Shown: piece by piece, positions 27,647-36,096 of the stretch
Position numbering within the stretch: the first letter of the stretch is position 1
Layout: every line of letters begins with the position of its first letter
Assembly: GCA_031082315.1 (NCBI GenBank)
Contig: JAVHLC010000011.1
Location: 35,117-99,116, forward strand
From: Thermodesulfobacteriota bacterium
GTDB lineage: Bacteria > Desulfobacterota > QYQD01
Direction: 5' to 3'
Length of the DNA stretch: 64,000 nucleotides
Made by a program: the position numbers and the translations under genes
Notes under the pieces: model-generated
What the model was told of the DNA's origin: nothing
The model's database searches: none
What the model saw: only the letters and a program-made list of their open reading frames with translations

Positions 27647-27778
27647 CCCGAACAAATCAATCCAGCCGGGCTGTGCTCTCGCGGAATAAAATCGTTCCCT
27701 CGCGCGCTGATTCGCGCGTCGGGAACAATCCGCTCGAGCAGACAGCCCAAGGGCCGCAGCTCAGATGGGCCGTTGGCT
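27647..27778 (+). other. attC-type site (long, 132 nt)
   Basis: Bounded by CCCGAAC and GTTGGCT. Arms GGGCTGTGCTCTCGCGGAAT and AATCCGCTCGAGCAGACAGCCC pair. Central hairpin GTTCCCTCGCGCG...CGCGCGTCGGGAAC. CCCGAAC is the exact reverse complement of the cassette start GTTCGGG. Confidence 0.7.
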
Positions 27779-27791
27779 GAGAGGGAAAAAG

Positions 27792-27884
27792 ATGGAACAG
27801 TATATCGGTTTGCTGATTTTCCTTGGACTTCTGGTCAGTTGCACATCCCCCGTGAACAAAAGGCGATCGGAGAAAGCAAGATGA
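27792..27884 (+). CDS. Possible 30-aa mini-lipoprotein ORF
   Basis: MEQYIGLLIFLGLLVSCTSPVNKRRSEKAR, with a lipobox-like LVSC. RBS GAGGG lies 6 nt upstream. ATGA overlap with the next ORF. Confidence 0.3.
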   Translation: MEQYIGLLIFLGLLVSCTSPVNKRRSEKAR

Positions 27885-28204
27885 ACGTACTTCAGATTCG
27901 TTGGCAACGTCTCGTGGACGAACGGGGCCAAACATGTGATCGCTGTGGCGCAACCGAAACAGCGATAGAGGATGGGTTCCAAAAGCTAAGGCGTTCCCTG
28001 AAGGAACTGGACATAGACGTCGTTCTCGAGAAAACAGCTCTCAATCCTTCTACGTTTTCCAAGGATCCGCTCCAGTCAAATCGTATCTGGATTGCCGGAA
28101 AGCCGATCGAGCAGTGGCTCTCGGCCACCACTGGCCAGAGCCGATGTTGCTCCACATGCGGAGATTCGGAATGCAGAACTGTCACGGTTGATGGCAATAC
28201 CTAA
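27881..28204 (+). CDS. DUF2703-like small Cys protein
   Basis: MNVLQIRWQRLVDERGQTCDRCGATE...CCSTCGDSECRT. Start chosen at MNVLQ rather than the longer tracked ORF. Confidence 0.65.
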   Translation: MNVLQIRWQRLVDERGQTCDRCGATETAIEDGFQKLRRSLKELDIDVVLEKTALNPSTFSKDPLQSNRIWIAGKPIEQWLSATTGQSRCCSTCGDSECRTVTVDGNT

Positions 28205-28210
28205 GGACTG

Positions 28211-28744
28211 GCGGGACGTTCATGCAGAACGTGCTTGACGAATTGTGAATAAGCAGGACATCCTCTTGAGGCGGACGGCAGTTACTCTATCTCCCGAACC
28301 CCGGAGCTTCGTCACGTTGTGCTGACTTGCCCGGAGACTGGGCCTGGTATGCCGTTTACTCGCCACGTCCTGTGGCTCGCCCTTCGGGCCAGCAAAGCTG
28401 TTCAAGATCGTTCATCCTGACGATTTTGTCTGTTCGTCGGCTCATAGCTTTGCGCTCCGGGTTACCGCTCCCTACGGTCGCTCTCGCCGTTGGCTCGTGG
28501 TCTCCGCTGCGCTTCGAACCCTTCGACGGTCTCTCACGATTCCGCCCTTGCCTTCGGCTGGTACTTCTGCTAACGTATCACTAACTAGGCAGGGTTCACC
28601 CTGTTAAATTCCCCCCAGGGAACCCTATTTAACAGGGTGAACGTACAGGGGGGACTTACACCCCTTAAGCTCACGCCCATGCCGGGCGTACACAACTGCG
28701 TTCACGCGACCTCGTGACCTCGGCGCGTGACCCACATGTTATTA
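28211..28744 (+). other. attC-type site B, interrupted by an intron-like element
   Basis: Without 28218-28693 it reads GCGGGAC-AACTGC-GTTCACGCG-ACCTCGTGACCTCGG-CGCGTGA-CCCACAT-GTTATTA. Confidence 0.6.
28218..28693 (-). mobile_element. ORF-less group II (class C-like) intron-like RNA, copy B
   Basis: About 90% identical to copy A with the same ends. Lacks one ~23-nt hairpin. Shows at least one compensatory U-A to C-G change in a small stem. Confidence 0.6.
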
Positions 28745-28785
28745 TGCTTCTTGATAGTAAGAATTAAGAGGAGGGGAAATAGTAT

Positions 28786-29217
28786 ATGAATTGTTTTATA
28801 ATTATGCCCATTACAACTCCTGAAGAGCTGTTACCCCTCTACAATAATCCCAATCATTTTAAAAATGTGCTTGACTACCTACTCACACCTACGGTCAATG
28901 AAGCAGGAATGGAACCTATTCCACCTAGTTCTGAGGCTTCAGAAATTATTCATGCAGACATTATCTCAAAATTAATATCTGCTGCAATTGTCCTATGTGA
29001 TATATCAACACTTAATGCAAATGTCTTTTTCGAACTAGGAGTTCGTACCTCACTTAATAAGCCTGTTTGTTTGATTAAAGATGATCGCACAAATTCAATA
29101 CCTTTTGATACTGCTCCCATCCATTGCAAGACATATAGAAGCGGTCTGACAATTATGGACCATGCAGAAGATAAAAAAAAGAAATTAAACGCAAAAGGTA
29201 TTTGGAGTAAGCTATGA
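28786..29217 (+). CDS. Nucleoside 2-deoxyribosyltransferase-like / TIR-like Rossmann protein
   Basis: CFIIMPI...AAIVLCDISTLNANVFFELGVRTSLNKPVCLI pattern. AT-rich cassette. Confidence 0.45.
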   Translation: MNCFIIMPITTPEELLPLYNNPNHFKNVLDYLLTPTVNEAGMEPIPPSSEASEIIHADIISKLISAAIVLCDISTLNANVFFELGVRTSLNKPVCLIKDDRTNSIPFDTAPIHCKTYRSGLTIMDHAEDKKKKLNAKGIWSKL

Positions 29218-29450
29218 AAAAATCAAAACAGGCTTTACCGGGATTTGTGGTTTGTATCAATAACATAGATTATCCGGCATCATTAGAACTCCATAAAATT
29301 TATCGTGTGCTTCCAGATGAAGATGCTGCTGCCGAAGGGGATATTCGAATTATTGATGAAAGTGGAGAGGATTATTTATACCCCTCTTCCTATTTCGTTC
29401 ACATCCAAGTTCCTCAAACGGTTGAAGAGTCATTACTTAGGGCGTCATAA
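29214..29450 (+). CDS. Small conserved hypothetical protein (78 aa)
   Basis: ATGA-coupled to the upstream ORF. IRIIDESGEDYLYPSSYF resembles a recurrent small-protein family of unknown function, from memory. Confidence 0.5.
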   Translation: MKKSKQALPGFVVCINNIDYPASLELHKIYRVLPDEDAAAEGDIRIIDESGEDYLYPSSYFVHIQVPQTVEESLLRAS

Positions 29451-29452
29451 TT

Positions 29453-29531
29453 TAAGAACCCGTGCCGAACATCAGCTTGGAGAAGGATGCTCGTTCCGCT
29501 GCGCTTTGGCCCATAGAAAGGGCCGTTGACC
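29453..29531 (+). other. Degenerate terminal attC-like region of array 1
   Basis: TAAGAAC-CCGTG-CCGAACA left half (its reverse complement matches the cassette start GTTATTA 6/7). The right half is poorly palindromic. Candidate R' is GTTGACC at 29525-29531. Confidence 0.35.
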
Positions 29532-29566
29532 GAAGTCTAACCAATTGTTTATAAAGGAGGCTAACA

Positions 29567-31075
29567 ATGAAGGAGGACAAAAAGAGGTTAACCACAGCTT
29601 TCGGTATCCCAGTGGCTGACGACCAGAACAGTCTCACCGCAGGTGAACGTGGGCCTATACTCATGCAGGATATTCATTTGCTGGAGAAACTGGCACACTT
29701 CGACCGTGAGCGTATTCCCGAACGAGTAGTGCACGCAAAAGGAGCGGGGGCGCACGGCTATTTTGAGGTTACTACTGATGTGACCAGGTACACCAAAGCG
29801 AGATTTCTTTCGAAAGTGGGCAAGAGTACCGAGGTCTTCGTACGGTTTTCCACTGTTGGTGGTGAGCGGGGTTCGGCCGATGCTGCACGAGATCCACGCG
29901 GCTTTGCAGTCAAATTCTACACGGAGGAAGGCAATTATGACTTAGTGGGGAACAATACACCCGTATTCTTTATCCGCGATCCGCTCAAGTTTCCTGATTT
30001 CATCCACACCCAAAAGCGGATCCCTGCGAACAATCTACCAGATCCGGACATGTTTTGGGACTTTTTATCCCTGACACCCGAATCCATTCATCAAGTTACA
30101 ATCCTTTTCTCCGACAGGGGAACACCAGGCGCCTATCGGCACATGAACGGCTATAGCAGCCACACGTTCAAGTGGTACAATGACAAGGGGGAATACTTCT
30201 GGGTACAGTACCATTTCAAAACGGATCAGGGCATCAAGAATCTGACCCGGGAGGAAGCGAAGAGAATGTGCGGCGAGGATCCGAATCACGCCACCCGTGA
30301 CCTGTATGAAGCTATCGAACGGGGAGACTATCCTTCCTGGACTCTTGAGATGCAGATTCTGACACCGGAGAAGGCCAAGGATTTTCCTTGGGATATCTTT
30401 GACATCACCAAAGTCTGGCCGCATGGAGAAGTCCCTCCTATCAAGATTGGAAAGCTGGTTCTGAACCGCAACCCGGTTAATTATTTTGCAGAAGTGGAAC
30501 AGGCGGCTTTCTGCCCGGGAAACGTGGTTCCCGGTATCGCCATCTCACCGGATAAGATGCTGCAAGCAAGGGTTTTTTCCTACCATGATACCCACCTTCA
30601 CAGACTTGGCCCCAACTATCACCTGATTCCAGTCAATGCGCCCAAATGTGCCCAGGAAAATAGTTACCAACGTGACGGATTCATGCGTGTTGACACCAAC
30701 GGAGGTGGTGGACCCAACTACTGGCCCAATAGCTTCGGTGGACCAGAGCCGGACCTGACGGCAGGCGAGCCTCCTTTTGAGGTTTCCGGCCAGGCTGGTC
30801 GTTACCCATTCACCTATCCAAATGACGACTTTGTGCAGGCTGGTACCCTTTACCGTAAAGTCATGTCAGACAAAGATCGGGAGCACCTTACCGGGAACAT
30901 TGTGGATCACCTGGCTAAGGCGCAGAAACGCATCCAAATGCGCCAAACCGCCTTGTTCTATAAGGCAGACGAGGAGTACGGCCGACGCGTAGCCGAAGGA
31001 TTAGGTCTCGATGTGAATGAAATCAAGCGATTGGCGGATATGTCTCATGAAGAAAGAGCGAAGGCTACAGAATAG
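29567..31075 (+). CDS. Monofunctional heme catalase
   Basis: [24 protein letters not shown] and [14 protein letters not shown] motifs. 502 aa. Confidence 0.95.
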   Translation: MKEDKKRLTTAFGIPVADDQNSLTAGERGPILMQDIHLLEKLAHFDRERIPERVVHAKGAGAHGYFEVTTDVTRYTKARFLSKVGKSTEVFVRFSTVGGERGSADAARDPRGFAVKFYTEEGNYDLVGNNTPVFFIRDPLKFPDFIHTQKRIPANNLPDPDMFWDFLSLTPESIHQVTILFSDRGTPGAYRHMNGYSSHTFKWYNDKGEYFWVQYHFKTDQGIKNLTREEAKRMCGEDPNHATRDLYEAIERGDYPSWTLEMQILTPEKAKDFPWDIFDITKVWPHGEVPPIKIGKLVLNRNPVNYFAEVEQAAFCPGNVVPGIAISPDKMLQARVFSYHDTHLHRLGPNYHLIPVNAPKCAQENSYQRDGFMRVDTNGGGGPNYWPNSFGGPEPDLTAGEPPFEVSGQAGRYPFTYPNDDFVQAGTLYRKVMSDKDREHLTGNIVDHLAKAQKRIQMRQTALFYKADEEYGRRVAEGLGLDVNEIKRLADMSHEERAKATE

Positions 31076-31249
31076 GGAACCTACTCCAATAGTTGAGAAG
31101 TGATTAACGAATAAGCACTGCCCAATAATCGCGTAAGGGCGGGCTTTTCTCCCGCCCTCCCCACGGCACCCCGCAGGCGGGTCCGCACGGGGCGCTTCAC
31201 AGAGCCTATCGGGCCGCAGGCCGGAAATGGCCGCCCGCGGTCAGGACAA

Positions 31250-32497
31250 CTAAAGGGTTCTCGCAAAACTGAGGGCGCTCCTCTGGATGCTGTACTGAAG
31301 CTGTGGCTGGATGAACTCAGTGGAATTTGCCGCAAAGGGGAAGTAGACCAACAGAAATTCCTCCGCCTGAATGTGAATTTCCCCGAGCCTGGGGAAAAGA
31401 CTTTTCTTGTCCATGGCGGTTTGCGCCAACACGACTTTCAGGCCGTCCGCGGCATCGCTCATGGGCAGTGTAATAGGGTATAGCTGGGACTTGGGGAGGT
31501 GTCTTTCGAGATTCTTCGTGGGCTGAGAAAGAGTCATTTGCCGGGCCAGCCTCAGGAAATGTGCGGGTTGAATCTTGAAAGCCGGAGACCAGAAGTAGAA
31601 GTCAAGATTATCCCATTCCTTCCTTATGGCCTTTGGCAGATTAGCAAGCCGCACCAGATCGGCATAGGATTGTAAGCTAAGCCCTTCCACCCTGGATTTT
31701 ATCCTCCAGAACGGCAAGTATATGGCGCTTTCAACATTTCCTTCATCGGAGACGACCCCGAAGTCTATCTTCCTCAGGTCTTGCCCGAAGATCCCCCACA
31801 CAGAATCACAATTGCTGCAATGGAGCGCCCAGCTTTCCCTCTCGCCCGCAAGAGTCCACCCGCAATTGGGACATAAGGTAGGAAGAAACTTTATCCTCCA
31901 AACCGGCCTCTCTTCAAAGGAGAAACGCTCATCGTCGGCCACATTCCCGGCATCCGTCGCAATGGGTCTATCGAGGATCGCGTCATAAATGACATTATTA
32001 TGAATAAAAATCGGGGAGTAAACCAGGCTTCCTACCTCACCGATGAACGCCCGGTGAAACTCGGTGCATGTCTGCGCCAGGTCATCAGCCAACATCTCCG
32101 GCCCGCTCACCCCTGAGAAGAACTGTGCGAATGAGAGATGCGGTCTTAGGAATCTTGCATCCTCCATAGCCTCGGCAAAGCTTAGTTTCAGGGCCTGCGG
32201 CCGGAGCCCGAGGGAGACGGGCAACGATGCGTCATTCAAGGCCAAAAGAGTGGTATCGACTACTCTCTGGCACACCCGGTATGGCTCACAGGAAAAAAGC
32301 ATGCCCCGGAAACGCCAGTACGGCACAAAAATGACATCCTTTCCGGACGATGGGGCAGGGGACAAACAGTATCTGAAATGACCCTGGGGGAGCAGGTATA
32401 ATTTCACCCGACAAAAAGAACAGGAGAAAATCCGGTCAGTCTCCTCCAGGGTAGCAGGGGCACCGCACTGCGGGCATTGGTGTGCGATTTTCAGCAA
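31250..32497 (-). CDS. Internally duplicated zinc-ribbon protein (YdjG-like partner of the SPFH protein)
   Basis: Two repeats, each with CPxCG...CSxC plus (V/L)P(Y/F)WR(F/I). Ends 13 nt from the SPFH gene. Confidence 0.5.
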   Translation of the reverse strand: MLKIAHQCPQCGAPATLEETDRIFSCSFCRVKLYLLPQGHFRYCLSPAPSSGKDVIFVPYWRFRGMLFSCEPYRVCQRVVDTTLLALNDASLPVSLGLRPQALKLSFAEAMEDARFLRPHLSFAQFFSGVSGPEMLADDLAQTCTEFHRAFIGEVGSLVYSPIFIHNNVIYDAILDRPIATDAGNVADDERFSFEERPVWRIKFLPTLCPNCGWTLAGERESWALHCSNCDSVWGIFGQDLRKIDFGVVSDEGNVESAIYLPFWRIKSRVEGLSLQSYADLVRLANLPKAIRKEWDNLDFYFWSPAFKIQPAHFLRLARQMTLSQPTKNLERHLPKSQLYPITLPMSDAADGLKVVLAQTAMDKKSLFPRLGEIHIQAEEFLLVYFPFAANSTEFIQPQLQYSIQRSALSFARTL

Positions 32498-32510
32498 TTC
32501 TTAGGGCTTT

Positions 32511-33674
32511 CTAAAGTTTTTCACCGCACTGATTGCAGTAGATGGAATCGGGCAAATTTTCTGTCTCACAATGACGGCATTTCTGGGGGACAGGCTTTTC
32601 TTCCACCGACCTTCCACAGCGCGGGCAGAACCCGGCGTGGGGAGGCAGGTTTTTGCCGCACCCCGCACACTGCTGGAAAACGAGTAACTGGTGACCGCAG
32701 GAAGGACAGAATTTTGCGTCGCCGGCCACGGAGTTCCGGCAATCAGGACATCTAAAGGCATCCTGCTCCTTTGGGGCCTGTCCGTTTCTCAGAATATCCG
32801 CGAACATGCCTGGCATAATGAAACCGAGACCCATCCCCAGACCCGCTCCTGCCTCGCCTTGTGACGTCGCTGCGCTTTCCATCGCCATGGCCGCTTTCAT
32901 CTTTAACAGTTGGTTCAAGTCGTCGAACACGCCCAGCCGGCTTTTATCGTCTATGGCCTGTTGGACCTCCGGCGGCGGGGTAATAGAATTGATATAAAGG
33001 TCTGAAAGCCCAAGGCCGTAGTGGCTCAAATCCTGCTGCAAACGTCTTTTGAGCCCTTCCGATATGGAATCGTATTGTCCGGGCAGCTTAAGCATAGAAT
33101 CAAGATTCTCTCCCAGGTAATCATTAAAGCGTGAAACGATTACCCGGCTCAGATATTCTTCGATTTCTTCGGTGGTATAAATGTGCTGGGTTCCTACCAG
33201 GGTATTGATAAAAAGGACGGGCTGGATGACCCTGATATTAAAGACCCCGAAGGCCCGGAGGCGAATCAATCCCAACTCGGAATCCTTGAAGGCTACCGGA
33301 TCCCTTGTTCCCCACTTCAGGTTTGGAAAGACCTTCATGTTTACGAAATAGACCTCGGCCCTGAGCGGGCTGGTCAAACCCCAGGGCAGGCTTAGCACCT
33401 TGGTGATGATAGGAATATTACCGGTAGCAAGTGTATGCCGACCGGGCCGAAATGCATCGTAGGCCTTCCCGTTATAGAAGAAAACGGCGGATTGGCTCTC
33501 TCTTACAATGAGTTGGGCTCCATACTTTATTTCTCCGGAGCCCTTCTCGGGAATCCTGTGGACCATTGCCTTGCCGGTTTCGTCAAACCACTCAATAACC
33601 TCTAAAAATATAATGTTGTCTGTCCCCACAGTCGTAATCCTTTCCGTTGCCAGTCTTTTTCTTTCTTTCGTCAT
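32511..33674 (-). CDS. SPFH/Band-7 domain protein with C-terminal triple zinc ribbon (COG4260/YdjI-like)
   Basis: SPFH core, then CPDCRN...CPSCG, CAGCG...CPRCG, CRHCE...CNQCG. Confidence 0.75.
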   Translation of the reverse strand: MTKERKRLATERITTVGTDNIIFLEVIEWFDETGKAMVHRIPEKGSGEIKYGAQLIVRESQSAVFFYNGKAYDAFRPGRHTLATGNIPIITKVLSLPWGLTSPLRAEVYFVNMKVFPNLKWGTRDPVAFKDSELGLIRLRAFGVFNIRVIQPVLFINTLVGTQHIYTTEEIEEYLSRVIVSRFNDYLGENLDSMLKLPGQYDSISEGLKRRLQQDLSHYGLGLSDLYINSITPPPEVQQAIDDKSRLGVFDDLNQLLKMKAAMAMESAATSQGEAGAGLGMGLGFIMPGMFADILRNGQAPKEQDAFRCPDCRNSVAGDAKFCPSCGHQLLVFQQCAGCGKNLPPHAGFCPRCGRSVEEKPVPQKCRHCETENLPDSIYCNQCGEKL

Positions 33675-33940
33675 TATGTCGATGAAGCTTTAACCCGAAG
33701 TTGCGCGGATTAACCCCTTGACCGTCGCCGGGAATCCGTCGATACACCTGGGACACAAAAAGGGGCGGGATGTCCTTAAATCTTTCGCTTTACAGGAATA
33801 CAAGTCTATGATAGGAAGCCCTATGCCTCGTCAGAACAGATTAGACGCCCTTAGAATTTTTCCTATCCGATCAGGAAACGTTTGGCAGCTCACCGGACCT
33901 ATCCCGACTTAATTCCTATCCAGTAAAAAGGAATCAACCC

Positions 33941-34894
33941 TTGAATCGAATACTTAACATCTTCAATCGCCTGTTTGTCCTCTGGATTGTCCTGGCCGGC
34001 GTAGCCGCCTTCTATTTTCCGGCCGTCTTCATCCCATTGAAGAAACACATGGAGCTATTCTTTGCCATAACCATGTTCGGCATCGGAATGGTCTTAAAAC
34101 CCATAGACTTCGTGAATATCTTTAAAAACATCAAGGTAGTGGTTATTGGCACGGCTGCTCAATTTACGATCATGCCGCTATCGGCTTTTTTCGTTGCCAG
34201 GCTTTTTTCATTATCAAAAGAGTTTTCCCTGGGCCTGATTTTGACCGGATCGGCGCCGGGGGCCATGGCCAGTAACGTACTGAGCTATCTCGCCGGTGCC
34301 GATGTCGCCTATTCGGTATCGTTGACCACTGTATCCACCCTCCTAGCGCCGGTCCTTACCCCACTTTTAACCCTGCTCTTAGCCCATACCATACTGGAAA
34401 TCCCCTTTTGGGAGATGTTGGTCAGCGTTTTCAACATGGTGGTTATTCCACTTTTTTTGGGCATAACCGTAAAAGGCATTTTCTCTGGCAAAGTGGAGTA
34501 CCTGTCCAAAGTCTTCCCCGCAATTTCCACCACATTCATAGCCTTTATCTGCGCGCTGGTCGTAGCCCTTAACAAAGAATACCTTATGAAAGTAAACACC
34601 TGGATTTTTATGGCGGCGATTTTGTTGAATCTCTTGGGGCTGTTCTTGGGCTACATGACAGGAAAGACATTCGGTTTTGATATCCTGAAAAAACGGGCCT
34701 TATCCATTGAAGTCGGCATGCAAAATGCCGGTCTGGGCAGCGTGCTGGCCTTAAAACATTTTAATGAGAAAGTGGCCCTGCCCGCGGTCGTTTTTGTTTT
34801 TATCTGCATATTCACCGCCTCCTTTCTGGTGCAAATCTGGTCCAATACGAAAAAGCCAACTATTTCAGTCCCTTTATCTTTTGGACGTTTTTGA
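33941..34894 (+). CDS. Bile acid:sodium symporter (BASS) family transporter
   Basis: 317 aa, about 9-10 TM helices. GSAPGAMASNV and EVGMQNAGLG motifs. Confidence 0.8.
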   Translation: MNRILNIFNRLFVLWIVLAGVAAFYFPAVFIPLKKHMELFFAITMFGIGMVLKPIDFVNIFKNIKVVVIGTAAQFTIMPLSAFFVARLFSLSKEFSLGLILTGSAPGAMASNVLSYLAGADVAYSVSLTTVSTLLAPVLTPLLTLLLAHTILEIPFWEMLVSVFNMVVIPLFLGITVKGIFSGKVEYLSKVFPAISTTFIAFICALVVALNKEYLMKVNTWIFMAAILLNLLGLFLGYMTGKTFGFDILKKRALSIEVGMQNAGLGSVLALKHFNEKVALPAVVFVFICIFTASFLVQIWSNTKKPTISVPLSFGRF

Positions 34895-35840
34895 GGAGCC
34901 AGTTCTGGGTAAAGAGGTGTTCTCTATTAAGGCCCAGGTGAAGCCTGAGCTGATCTTTGATCTCGCCATCAGGGACCAGGGAGATAAGCCTTTCGTACCT
35001 GGCAATCAGGGTTTCTTCGGCCGGGATGAGAGCTTCCAGGACAGAAAGCCGGTCTTCCCCTGGATAGACAGAAGGCATGGGGTTTTTACTGATTTCTACT
35101 CCGTTTGCATCCTTTTTGGCATTTTCGATCTGAATTACATCTCCCCATTTGATTAAGGTGCCGGAGTTTTTATCCCAGTGCCTCATGTGATCGATGGAGT
35201 TTTTAAAGAGGCGCTGACTGAGATCCTGGTGCTCACTGAAAAGAAACACGTACTTTAAGTAGCGGTGCGTGAGTTCATTTTCCAGGCGCATGATTTCATG
35301 GAGAAGCTGTACTTCTTCCCGGTTGATATTTTCCGGGTTTGATGGGTAGCAGGGGGCATCTTCAGCTCCCTGCGCCTTCAGGGCGTCCATCATGGCCGCA
35401 AACTGGTTCGAGTGGCGCACCTCATCATAAGAGATATTCAGGACCATGTTCTGAATCTTGGGAAAAGCGCCCTCGGAAAACTCTGCCGACTGGTAGAGGT
35501 TCGTAACCAGGTCTTCCGTCATTTTGTCTCTTTTAAGGTTATCCATAATTCGAGGGTAGCGCATGACCTCATCGGTTTTAAAAGAGGGAACCCCTCCCAT
35601 CTGGGCAATAATGACGGCAAGCTGAAGGGAATGGTACATCTCATCGATGCCGATTTGAATCATCTGGGCGCGGACATCAGTTCTATTCTTCATGATGGGG
35701 TCTTCATAGAAAAACTTGCCCTTCGGCATGGAGTAGGCATGGATCGTATATTCAAAGCTTACGGCCCATTCGTGCTCCAGGGCGATGTTCAAAAGCCTTA
35801 AGGCGTCTTCCTTGGTCTCCACTTTTTGAATTTTGTCCAT
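34860..35840 (-). CDS. Ferritin-like domain protein
   Basis: LNIALEHEWAVSFEYTIHAY and IDEMYHSLQL resemble di-iron ferritin-like helices. A second related half follows. Confidence 0.55.
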   Translation of the reverse strand: MDKIQKVETKEDALRLLNIALEHEWAVSFEYTIHAYSMPKGKFFYEDPIMKNRTDVRAQMIQIGIDEMYHSLQLAVIIAQMGGVPSFKTDEVMRYPRIMDNLKRDKMTEDLVTNLYQSAEFSEGAFPKIQNMVLNISYDEVRHSNQFAAMMDALKAQGAEDAPCYPSNPENINREEVQLLHEIMRLENELTHRYLKYVFLFSEHQDLSQRLFKNSIDHMRHWDKNSGTLIKWGDVIQIENAKKDANGVEISKNPMPSVYPGEDRLSVLEALIPAEETLIARYERLISLVPDGEIKDQLRLHLGLNREHLFTQNWLLKNVQKIKGLK

Positions 35841-36096
35841 AGGCCCTCCAGCATATCTTTTTTATTGTAACATTTAAGCACATTACCTGCCTTTTGACAA
35901 CTGCGATCCGGACTATCTAATAAGTATATCTATCCCTACCTATGCGATAAGAACCGGGGAAATTGACTTTATTCAACCTGTTGTGCTAATCTCCCGAAGA
36001 CTTTTACATTGGTCATTAGTCACCGGCCAATAACGAATAACTGGTTTCCATCCGAAAACCCCGGTTTTCTGGATGGAGCGGGAAGGCTTTATAAAA

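Noticed and set aside
27694-27726. GTTCCCTCGCGCG...CGCGCGTCGGGAAC hairpin as a stand-alone Rho-independent terminator.
   Set aside because: There is no U-tract. It forms the centre of a much longer imperfect palindrome bounded by CCCGAAC/GTTGGCT, so it is better explained as the core of an attC site.
29532-31250. Catalase gene as a fifth cassette of array 1.
   Set aside because: A GTTGACC heptamer precedes the gene. However, no convincing complementary GGTCAAC or bounded palindrome follows it; only GATTAAC (5/7) and a non-contiguous GGTCAGGACAAC are found. GC content and codon look are background-like. I treat it as flanking chromosome.
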